A stretch of DNA of 64,000 nucleotides from Planctomycetota bacterium (GTDB taxonomy: Bacteria > Planctomycetota > PLA2 > JAEUHO01). The stretch is taken from contig CBDCTJ010000001.1 in the NCBI GenBank assembly GCA_965222115.1, positions 192,001 through 256,000 on the forward strand. The letters run 5' to 3'. Shown piece after piece: positions 48,099 through 56,544 of the stretch (its first letter is position 1; each line of letters starts with the position of its first letter). Both the position numbers and the translations under genes were made by a program. The notes below the pieces were generated by a model that saw nothing but the letters and a program-made list of their open reading frames with translations, was not told the DNA's origin and did no database searches.

Positions 48099-48184
48099 GC
48101 GCCAAAAATACCTGGTAATTCCGGCGCACCCCATAGGTCGACTTGTTGCGGCGTGCGCCAGAAATACCTGGTATTTGTGGCGCA
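48099..48184. repeat. Second pair of ~31-bp palindromic elements, in the divergent SET/tpiA intergenic region
   Basis: GCGCCAAAAATACCTGGTAATTCCGGCGCA and TGCGCCAGAAATACCTGGTATTTGTGGCGCA; 48150-48168 is identical to 19011-19029. Confidence 0.7.
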
Positions 48185-48205
48185 TCGCGTATGCTCGGCG
48201 GCCCT

Positions 48206-48961
48206 ATGGTGCAGCGAACTCCCCTAATTGCAGGTAACTGGAAGATGAACGGCAGCGCGGACGAAGCGTCGCTGTGGGCACATCGAGCGGCCGGGGCTGC
48301 GGCGGCGAGCAAAAATGACGTGGCGGTGTTTCCGCCGGCCGTGCATTTGGATCGCGTGCAGGAGATTGTGGCCGAGAGCAGGGTGTCGCTCGGAGCGCAG
48401 TGCTGCCATCCCCAGTCGTCGGGCGCGTTTACGGGCGCGATATCCGCGTCGATGTTGCCGGTCTACGGCGTGTCGATGGTGCTCTGTGGTCACAGCGAGC
48501 GAAGGCACTTGTTTGGCGAAGACGATGCGTTTGTCGCCGCATGCATGAAAGCCGCGCTTGACGCAGGATTGACGGCGGTGCTGTGCATTGGCGAAACCCT
48601 CGACGAGCGCGAGGCCGGCAAGACGCGCGAGGTCTTGATGCGACAGCTCGACGCGGGCCTCAAGCAGTTGGACGCGACACATCGCGACAAATTGATTGTG
48701 GCCTACGAGCCGGTGTGGGCCATTGGCACCGGCAAGGCGGCTTCCCCGGTTGAGGCCGGTGAGGCCCATGCCTGGATTCGAGCCCGAATTGCCGAAGTGG
48801 ACGAGGAATGGGCCGGTCGCCTGCGAATCCTCTACGGAGGAAGCGTGAAGCCCGCCAACATAGAGGGCTTCCTGGCAGTTCCCGATATCGATGGGGCCCT
48901 GGTCGGCGGCGCAGCGCTCAAGCCCGACGACTTTGCGGCACTCATTGCGGCCGGTAACTGA
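48206..48961 (+). CDS. tpiA: Triosephosphate isomerase
   Basis: AGNWKMN, GHSERR, AYEPVWAIGTG, YGGSV, LVGGA. Confidence 0.97.
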   Translation: MVQRTPLIAGNWKMNGSADEASLWAHRAAGAAAASKNDVAVFPPAVHLDRVQEIVAESRVSLGAQCCHPQSSGAFTGAISASMLPVYGVSMVLCGHSERRHLFGEDDAFVAACMKAALDAGLTAVLCIGETLDEREAGKTREVLMRQLDAGLKQLDATHRDKLIVAYEPVWAIGTGKAASPVEAGEAHAWIRARIAEVDEEWAGRLRILYGGSVKPANIEGFLAVPDIDGALVGGAALKPDDFAALIAAGN

Positions 48962-49050
48962 TTCAGGAGGCCGCCCTCTAAGAGGGCACCGCAGGTCCGT
49001 TGATACGATGGGCGCTGATCAAGCGGGCAGTACGTACTGAGGTTTTTCAC

Positions 49051-49536
49051 ATGCCGATCGCAACATCCACGCTCACCACACTCGAGTTCGCTACGCCCCT
49101 AGCGGCCAGCGGATTCATTCGCGGCCTCGTCATGACCCTCTTCATCATCAGCGCCATCCTCACGCTGTTCGTAATCCTCGCCCAGGAAGGCAAAGGCGGT
49201 GGACTTGCTGGCGCATTTGGTGGTGCGGGCGCCGACGCATTTGGTGTCAAGGCAGGAACCGTCAACCGCGTCACGTCGTGGATCTCCGGTGCGTTTCTCG
49301 CACTTGCACTGCTCTACGCAGGACTGTCTTCTACCGCCAATCGCGCCACGGCACCCACCGGTTCAAATTCTAGCGGCCCGGATATCGAGGCGTTCGATCC
49401 CAACAAGGCTGATGACAGCGTCGCACCCAAAGACGACGGCGCTTCCAGTGGATCGTCCACCGAAGAGTCAACGCCTGGCGGCTCAAGCGAAGGCGGCACG
49501 GATGAGAGCGGATCCGGATCCAGCGAAGACAAGTAG
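49051..49536 (+). CDS. secG: Preprotein translocase subunit SecG
   Basis: ILAQEGKGGGLAGAFGG between two TM helices; follows tpiA. Confidence 0.9.
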   Translation: MPIATSTLTTLEFATPLAASGFIRGLVMTLFIISAILTLFVILAQEGKGGGLAGAFGGAGADAFGVKAGTVNRVTSWISGAFLALALLYAGLSSTANRATAPTGSNSSGPDIEAFDPNKADDSVAPKDDGASSGSSTEESTPGGSSEGGTDESGSGSSEDK

Positions 49537-49558
49537 CGTAGAGCGTTAGCGGTAAAGC

Positions 49559-50476
49559 ATGAGCACCGCATCAAACGACGATCCATTAGGCGCCACCATC
49601 CAGTCGATGACGGGTAGCGGGCGCGCCCTCGTTCAAGACGGCCCCATTCGCATCGAAGTCGATGCCCATTCGGTGAACAACCGCTTTCTCAAGACATCGG
49701 TGCGCACGTCGGGCGGCTTGCGACGCATGGATGCCAACGTTTCGGCAACGACGAAAGCACGCTTTCAGCGCGGGCACATCACGATCGCCATTCGTTTGGA
49801 GCGCGACGCCGCGACGGAAACTGCCTCGCGCATTGACGCCGCCGCATTTGAACGAGGTGCCAAGCAGTTGGATGCATTGGCCAAAGCGTCGGGCATCGCG
49901 AGTGTTACGCCGCGCGATGTGCTCGCCATTCCCGGGGTCATCATTGAGCACCGAGATGCACCCGACGAAGCGATGCTCGACAAGCTCATTGCAACGGCAC
50001 TAGAACAAGCTCTGGCTTCGCTTGAAGCATCACGAACAAGCGAGGGTGCCCATCTCGCATCGGAGTTGGCGATGCTGTTTGGCGAAGTTGAGTCCTTGCG
50101 TACGGAGCTTGTCGCCGTTGCCGACAGACTCCCGGCCGCCGTACAGGCCAAACTCGTCGATCGATTGAAGGATCTGCTAAACGGCACCAACGCGGAAGTC
50201 GAACCTTCGCATCTCGCTCGCGAAGTCGCGATGCTTGCCGATCGCGCCGACATTCGAGAAGAGTTGACCCGCTTGGCATCTCACGGCAAGCAGGCGCGCG
50301 AATTGCTAGGCAAGGGCGGCGGCGTGGGTCGAGCCCTTGAATTCTTGCTCCAAGAGTTTCACCGCGAAATCAACACGATTGGCAGCAAGGCGGCCGACCT
50401 CAATGTGACGAATTCGGTATTGGCCATGAAATCCGTTCTCGAACGCATTCGCGAGCAGGTTCAAAACGTTGAATAG
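49559..50476 (+). CDS. yicC: YicC/YloC family endoribonuclease
   Basis: SMTG, SVNNRFL, DIREELTRL, QEFHREINTIGSK, REQVQNVE. Confidence 0.93.
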   Translation: MSTASNDDPLGATIQSMTGSGRALVQDGPIRIEVDAHSVNNRFLKTSVRTSGGLRRMDANVSATTKARFQRGHITIAIRLERDAATETASRIDAAAFERGAKQLDALAKASGIASVTPRDVLAIPGVIIEHRDAPDEAMLDKLIATALEQALASLEASRTSEGAHLASELAMLFGEVESLRTELVAVADRLPAAVQAKLVDRLKDLLNGTNAEVEPSHLAREVAMLADRADIREELTRLASHGKQARELLGKGGGVGRALEFLLQEFHREINTIGSKAADLNVTNSVLAMKSVLERIREQVQNVE

Positions 50477-51113
50477 CGGTGAGCCTGCGGTCAATGCGCG
50501 TCGCCCTCGCGTCGTGATACTCAGCGGTACAAGCGGCGCAGGTAAGACGTCCCTTTCGGTTCGCCTCCTCCAAGACAAACGCTTCGGACGTGCGGTTACG
50601 GCCACGACGCGCAAATCCCGCGGCGATGAAGTTCACGGTACGCACTATTTCTTCTACTCACCCGTTGACTTCGCCGAACGCGAGGCGCGGGGCGAGTTCC
50701 TCGAAACGGCAGACGTCTATGGGCACCGTTACGGCACGCCGCGCAGGAGTGTGCTCAAGGTGCTTGGCGCGGATCAGCACTGCATATTGGTGATCGACGT
50801 TCAGGGATTCCTCACACTCGACGACTCTCGCGCGCTGACGGGTCTCGGCGGCGACGTCTTGACGGTGTTCGTACGGACCGAGAACCTAGAGACCCTGGCC
50901 GCACGTCTCCGCAGCCGAGGCGAAGACGACGAAGCCACCATTTCCAGGCGTTTGACGCACGCCGAGCAGGAACTCGCACATCAATCGCGCTTCGACCACG
51001 TCCTTATCAACGATGACTTCGAGGCCGCGGCGCGCAGGCTGATCGGCATCGTTCTTGACGAATCTTCACCCGCTGCACCTCGAACGGATGAGGACGAGCC
51101 CGCGGACGAGTAG
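50469..51113 (+). CDS. gmk: Guanylate kinase
   Basis: SGTSGAGKT, TTRKSRGDE.HGTHYFF, YGT, IDVQG. Confidence 0.93.
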   Translation: MNSGEPAVNARRPRVVILSGTSGAGKTSLSVRLLQDKRFGRAVTATTRKSRGDEVHGTHYFFYSPVDFAEREARGEFLETADVYGHRYGTPRRSVLKVLGADQHCILVIDVQGFLTLDDSRALTGLGGDVLTVFVRTENLETLAARLRSRGEDDEATISRRLTHAEQELAHQSRFDHVLINDDFEAAARRLIGIVLDESSPAAPRTDEDEPADE

Positions 51114-51159
51114 TAAAGTCCGTGGTTTGGCGTCGCGATTGCGGCTCAGGAGCCCTGCC

Positions 51160-51402
51160 ATGATGGAAGAAAAGATCCGCGTGATCGACGAACTCGAGAC
51201 CGCCGTAGGCGGCCGCTTCCGCTTGATTGCGCTCATCCACAAGCGCGTGCGCGAACTCGTGGCCGGCGCCCCCCGGCTCGTTGACATTCGCTCCGACAAT
51301 CCCATCGACATCGCACTTGAAGAAATCCGTGCAGGCAAGGTCGAGCTCGTAGAAGACGACGACAACCCCGTGATCGGCGACGCAGCACTGCTCGGGAATT
51401 AG
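51160..51402 (+). CDS. rpoZ: RNA polymerase omega subunit
   Basis: GGRFRL..LIHKRVREL..GA...IALEEI; follows gmk. Confidence 0.85.
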   Translation: MMEEKIRVIDELETAVGGRFRLIALIHKRVRELVAGAPRLVDIRSDNPIDIALEEIRAGKVELVEDDDNPVIGDAALLGN

Positions 51403-51471
51403 AACCACCCGCGTGACGGCGTGCTCGTCATGTCGGCATCGATTCACCTTGGCTAAGTAGACGAACGCACT

Positions 51472-52020
51472 ATGGCACGACTTGTTATAGCCGTCGGCGG
51501 AAGCATCGCCGCCTACAAGGCGTGTGATCTCACGTCCAAGGCCGTGCAAGCGGGCCATCGTGTAGACATTGTGCTCACACGATCGGCGCAGAAGTTTGTA
51601 CAGCCGCTTGCGTTTTCCGCGCTCACCCATCGAACGGTATTTACGGATGCGTCCATTTTCGGCACGAATGACGAGGGCGGACCCGCCAACCATCTGCGAG
51701 TTACGGAAAAGGCCGACGTATTCGTGGTCGCTCCCTGCACGGCAAACCTCATGGGCAAGTTCGCCCATGGCATCGCCGACGATCTTGTCTCGACGACCTA
51801 CCTCGGCGCATCGTGCCCCGTGCTGCTGGCACCGGCGATGAACACACGCATGTGGAATCACAAGCGCGTGCAGGCCAATCTCAAGATTCTCAAGAACGAC
51901 GACGTTCAGTTCATCGGCCCCGAACGAGGCTATCTGGCCGAGGCTGAGGAAGGTGTGGGACGCATGAGCGAGCCCGCCGACATACTCAAAGCCATCGAGC
52001 ATCTCGTTTCAGAAGAGTAG
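51472..52020 (+). CDS. coaC: Phosphopantothenoylcysteine decarboxylase (CoaC flavoprotein half only)
   Basis: GSIAAYK, APCTAN, PAMNTRMW, G.GRM.EP; ends at 182 aa with no CoaB domain. Confidence 0.85.
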   Translation: MARLVIAVGGSIAAYKACDLTSKAVQAGHRVDIVLTRSAQKFVQPLAFSALTHRTVFTDASIFGTNDEGGPANHLRVTEKADVFVVAPCTANLMGKFAHGIADDLVSTTYLGASCPVLLAPAMNTRMWNHKRVQANLKILKNDDVQFIGPERGYLAEAEEGVGRMSEPADILKAIEHLVSEE

Positions 52021-52163
52021 TCGTTTCAGCAGAGTAGATCAAGCGCGACAAGAGTGAATCTCTTCACGATTTCGAATGTCGTTCTGTTCTGGGCAAGAGA
52101 CTGTCTACGCTTGATCTAAATTGGTTCTACAAACGTAGGTCCACGCAAGGAGTTCGACTCACG

Positions 52164-54344
52164 ATGAAGTTTGCCGTTTCCATTGCATTTGCACTCGCCG
52201 CTTCGTTGGCCAGCACAGCATCCATCGCGTATGCCAAAGGGAAGAAGGCCGCGGTCGCGACCGGCCAGACAATTCTCATCTTTGACGCGTCAGGATCGAT
52301 GATGGGCTACGTGGGTGGGCGCGCGAAGATTGAGATCGCGCGCGAGACCACACTCAAGTTGATTGCGTCGCGACCTGCGGGATTGGCCATGGGTTTGATG
52401 GCTTATGGCCATCGCCGCAGCCAAGACTGTACCGATATTGAGTTGCTGGCCTCGCCCGCACTTGAGAACTCTTCATCGCTTGCGAGTGCCGTTCGCGGAT
52501 TGAAGGCTCGTGGTCAAACGCCAATTTACAGGTCCGTTATGCAGGCCGCCGAACTGCTTCGCTACAAAGAACAACCCGGCTCCATCATTTTGGTGAGCGA
52601 TGGTGAGGAAACGTGCGGAGGCAACCTGGCTGAACTCGGCGCTAAACTTGCCAAGATGGGTGTGGACTTCAAGACGCATATCATTTGCTTCGCAATGACC
52701 GACGCGCAAACCCGTGACCTGCGGGCGCTCGCCGCCGCCACCGGCGGCCTCTGCATCGAAGCCGGGGATGCAGATAGCCTTGGCGAGGCACTTCGTGTCG
52801 CTACTGAAGCTGCGGCGGCCAAACCAACCACACTTTCGCTGGTCCCCATGGATCAAGACGGAAGCTCGTTGATCAAGAACGGCGTGTCGTTTTCGGTGTT
52901 CAAGAAAAAGGGTGACGAAAGACCCGTCGCTGAGGGACGTGGCGGACAATGGTCTACGACGCTCGACGCCGGCGATTACTTCGCCACCGCGGTGTTTGGC
53001 ACCAAGACCATGGAAGCCAGCATCAAGGTAGTGGCCGAGCGCAACACGCAGCACACGTTTGTCTTTGCGGCGCCCGTCCTCACCCTTCAGGCAATCATGA
53101 AGGAAGGCGGCGAGCCCATGGAGGAGGGTGTCACGTGGCGGGTGACGGCGCCTACGAAGGATAAGAAGTCACGCTTCGTTACGCGCTCCTACGACGCGAT
53201 TGCCACGATTCGACTCGCGCCTGGAAGCTACACCGTGACAGCCGAACGAGGTACCACGCGCGTGAGCAAAGACATTACATTTGAGGACAAACCCCAAACG
53301 GTAACCGTCGTACTCGGCGCGGGCACACTCGCTCTAACGGCATCCACGACCAAAGACGGACCATCGATTGAATCGGGAAATATGAAGTGGACCGTGCACG
53401 GCGCACCCGACGCACTGGGGAAACGACCCTACGTCACCGTCTCGAGGGAACACAAGCCCACGCTCACGTTGCCCGCAGGCAACTACTTGGTCACGGTTCA
53501 AATGGGCGACGCGCGCACAAAAGCATCCTTCGACGTAACGCCGGGAGAAACAACCCAAAGTCACATCGTTATGGGCAGCGGTACGCTACGTGCCACATTC
53601 AAAATGCATGCTAGCGCCGAGCCCTACAGCGGAACGGCGGGTGTGAAGTGGACCGTCTACGGCGAGGCCGACGAACTGGGTAAGCGCAAGTATGTGTCGG
53701 TAGGGCGCAGCAGCGAATACACGTTCAAACTCGCGTCGGGCACCTATCTCCTTCAACTGCAAGTCGGTTCGGCCAGTGTGTCGCAAGAGGTTGACGTCGA
53801 ACCGGGCAAGCAGACCAACGCCGCGCTCAATCTCAATGCGGGACGCCTCCAACTGAATGCAACAATGAGTGAGGGTGGCCAACCCATCGAGTCGGACGAC
53901 CACATGAAGTGGACCATCTACCGCGCAACCGACGACGATCAGCGCGGCAAGTATGTTGTCGTCGTTCGCAAAGCAAGCACCGACACACTACTCAACGCGG
54001 GACGGTACTTTGTGACGGTAGAACGGTTTAGCGCGAAGTCGTCATTGGTCCTGGACGTGCGTCCCGGCGAGCCCACCAAGCAGACCCAGAACCTTAATGC
54101 CGGCATCCTTCGACCCAAACTAACTGCCGAACCCTCAGGGCGAATCAAGTGGTCGCTCTACCTGGCACCGAAGGACGACGTAAAGCGCAAATTCATAACC
54201 GTCCAGCGAAAGGCCGACGCACTCTTCCTTGTGAATGCCGGCGACTACATTCTCAAACTCGAAGTAGGCAAGAAGTCGAGCGAAACACCCGTGACTGTTG
54301 TCGCCGGCCAAACGGCTACGCCTGAGATTTCGATGCCGGAATAA
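52164..54344 (+). CDS. Secreted VWA protein with tandem ~90-aa beta-sandwich repeats
   Basis: Signal peptide; DASGSM, SDGEETC; repeated KWTV...GKR.YV...LxxGxY units. Confidence 0.85.
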   Translation: MKFAVSIAFALAASLASTASIAYAKGKKAAVATGQTILIFDASGSMMGYVGGRAKIEIARETTLKLIASRPAGLAMGLMAYGHRRSQDCTDIELLASPALENSSSLASAVRGLKARGQTPIYRSVMQAAELLRYKEQPGSIILVSDGEETCGGNLAELGAKLAKMGVDFKTHIICFAMTDAQTRDLRALAAATGGLCIEAGDADSLGEALRVATEAAAAKPTTLSLVPMDQDGSSLIKNGVSFSVFKKKGDERPVAEGRGGQWSTTLDAGDYFATAVFGTKTMEASIKVVAERNTQHTFVFAAPVLTLQAIMKEGGEPMEEGVTWRVTAPTKDKKSRFVTRSYDAIATIRLAPGSYTVTAERGTTRVSKDITFEDKPQTVTVVLGAGTLALTASTTKDGPSIESGNMKWTVHGAPDALGKRPYVTVSREHKPTLTLPAGNYLVTVQMGDARTKASFDVTPGETTQSHIVMGSGTLRATFKMHASAEPYSGTAGVKWTVYGEADELGKRKYVSVGRSSEYTFKLASGTYLLQLQVGSASVSQEVDVEPGKQTNAALNLNAGRLQLNATMSEGGQPIESDDHMKWTIYRATDDDQRGKYVVVVRKASTDTLLNAGRYFVTVERFSAKSSLVLDVRPGEPTKQTQNLNAGILRPKLTAEPSGRIKWSLYLAPKDDVKRKFITVQRKADALFLVNAGDYILKLEVGKKSSETPVTVVAGQTATPEISMPE

Positions 54345-54663
54345 TCGAACACGCCTTTCGAGACAATTCTCGCAATCGAATGAAACCCCATCACGCCGCG
54401 CCTCGTCCAAGTGTCACAATGAACGAGCCGCGTCCCCATTTCGCCACAGCCCGTCAATTCGCAACAGCACGTAGCATCGCGACGGCGTTTTACAACCACT
54501 CGCGCCGACTCACGTAGGGGTCGAGGCCGCACGCGTGCAGATCGAACGTGCGCACGCGTGCACGCTGCGGATGAAGCCAAGCCAAGGGCGAGGCCCTCGA
54601 CCCCACAACAGCATGCGCGGCGTCACGACGATTCCTGTGTGATCGATGACCCCATATACCCAC

Positions 54664-54737
54664 GGGGGCGTAGCCCAACTGGCAGAGGCATCTGATTTAG
54701 GATCAGAAGGTTGGGGGTTCGAATCCCTCCGCCCCTA
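54664..54737 (+). tRNA. tRNA-Leu(TAG), short variable loop, CCA not encoded
   Basis: Acceptor GGGGGCG/CGCCCCT, anticodon arm TCTGA-TTTAGGA-TCAGA, T-loop TTCGAAT, discriminator A. Confidence 0.88.
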
Positions 54738-54861
54738 CGTTGACAACGTCAAACGAAGACGAAAGCCTCCATCCCGGCAAATGTCGGCCTGGAACGGCGC
54801 ATCGGATACCGTTTCGCCCACAATTGCACGACCTTCTCTCACTCTTTGTTCGGAGACGCCC

Positions 54862-55539
54862 ATGAAACTCAATTTGCTCGTCTTGGCCCTCGCAACGGCA
54901 ACTGCAATCACCCTTGGAACCGGCATCGCGCGTTCGGATGATGAAAAGCCTGAACCGGCCAAGCCTTCGGAAGCAAAGTCAGATGATGGCGCCGTCCCCC
55001 AAATGCCAGACATGAGTGATCCGGAGTTTCAAAAGCGGATCATGGCGGTTACGTCTCCCGGTGCGATGCACAAGAAACTGGAGTATTACATCGGCGATTG
55101 GGACGTCACGATCGCGAGTACGATGATGCCCGGTGAACCTACGAAGGCAACGGCCACGTTTGCTTGGAAGATCCCAGGTCGATGGGTGACCCACGAGATG
55201 AAGGGCACGATGATGGGACGCCCCTATCACGGATTCGGCATCATTGGGTTCGACAACTATCGCAAGTGTCACGTGTCTACGTTTGTGAGCAACTTTGATA
55301 CGTCGATGTCGAGTTTTAGTGGACCGGTCGTGGACCCATCACACAAGGTCTCCGTCGAGTACGGGACCATGAACGAGTACCTGAACGGAACGCTTGGCAA
55401 GTTCGCTAGGGTCGTGACGCGCCAGATTGACCAGAACACCTTTGAGTTGGAAATCTGGGACATGCAGATCGGCGAAAGCGGTAAGCCAGTGCTGGAGTTT
55501 CGCTACACGCGCAAGAAACAGGAGCCGGAATCCAAGTAA
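54862..55539 (+). CDS. Secreted DUF1579-like protein
   Basis: Signal peptide; PGAMHKKL...GDW...GRW...GFDN...Y pattern. Confidence 0.7.
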   Translation: MKLNLLVLALATATAITLGTGIARSDDEKPEPAKPSEAKSDDGAVPQMPDMSDPEFQKRIMAVTSPGAMHKKLEYYIGDWDVTIASTMMPGEPTKATATFAWKIPGRWVTHEMKGTMMGRPYHGFGIIGFDNYRKCHVSTFVSNFDTSMSSFSGPVVDPSHKVSVEYGTMNEYLNGTLGKFARVVTRQIDQNTFELEIWDMQIGESGKPVLEFRYTRKKQEPESK

Positions 55540-55641
55540 GCGCAAACCTTCCACATCGCCTGGATTTGGCAACTCAGTGACGAGTCGCCCTCGTCGCTCA
55601 CTAAACTTGGGGGACGTAGAGAACTTGACCCGGAGCCCGTC

Positions 55642-56412
55642 ATGAAGTTTTTCGTTCCTGCATTGTTGGTTGGGCTTGTCGCGGGCGGCGCCGCGGGATG
55701 GTTCGCGGCGGGAATGCGTAGCAATCGCGGGGATGCCGGGGATGCCTTGTCGGTTGCGGGTAAGCTCGACGAGATTGAGTCGCGCATTCGAGATATGGAA
55801 GATCGGTCCGCACCCGGAGAGACGGGGCTTACAGCACCGTCCACGAACCAACCCTTGCGCGGCGCGGCGGACGTTAACACCGAAGAACTCACCCGTCGAT
55901 TGAACGAACTGCTCTCTGCGCGGCTCGGCAAGGCCATGGATGCTCACCTGGAAACGCGCGGGTTACCCAAGGAAAAGAGCTTTGGCGATTGGCTGGAGGA
56001 GAACCGACCGCTCGGATCGAATACGCAGGCGCGCGAGAAGAAAAAGGTCACGCTAGCCGAAGTCGCGCGCGAACTGGAAATGACACAGTCGGAGGAAGAA
56101 GCGATCCGCGAGCTGGCCGAGGAGTTCAGCGACAAGATGATCGGTCTTTTGACGACCGAGGACGAAACCAAGGAGCAGGTGATTGAGGAGTTGCAGGCGG
56201 CGAAGGATGATCCCACCAAACAGATGGCACTCATGGGCAAGTACATGGGCCGCGCCATGACAAACCTACCCAAGCTGATGGAAACCATGGGCTCGCTACA
56301 AACACGTGGCGTGAAGATTCTTGGCGCAGAGCGCTGGGGGAAATTCGAACGCGATTACGAAGTGACGGATCTCGACCCCTACGGATTGACCGGCATTTTC
56401 GACAACGATTGA
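55642..56412 (+). CDS. Hypothetical protein, N-terminal membrane anchor, helical
   Basis: 256-aa ORF with GGAG RBS, co-oriented with its neighbours. Confidence 0.65.
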   Translation: MKFFVPALLVGLVAGGAAGWFAAGMRSNRGDAGDALSVAGKLDEIESRIRDMEDRSAPGETGLTAPSTNQPLRGAADVNTEELTRRLNELLSARLGKAMDAHLETRGLPKEKSFGDWLEENRPLGSNTQAREKKKVTLAEVARELEMTQSEEEAIRELAEEFSDKMIGLLTTEDETKEQVIEELQAAKDDPTKQMALMGKYMGRAMTNLPKLMETMGSLQTRGVKILGAERWGKFERDYEVTDLDPYGLTGIFDND

Positions 56413-56544
56413 TCTCGCCCGGTAGCCGGCATTACAACTCACGAACGACGTGGACGTGTTGCGCGCGCTGCCGCGGCAACGAAGCGCTAACACCCCAATT
56501 CGACTTTGAATGCGGGAAGCCCTGGATCCGATCTCCCGTAGGGC

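Noticed and set aside
54646-54861. Upstream extension of the DUF1579-like ORF
   Set aside because: It runs through tRNA-Leu; ATG 54862 has an RBS and begins a signal peptide.
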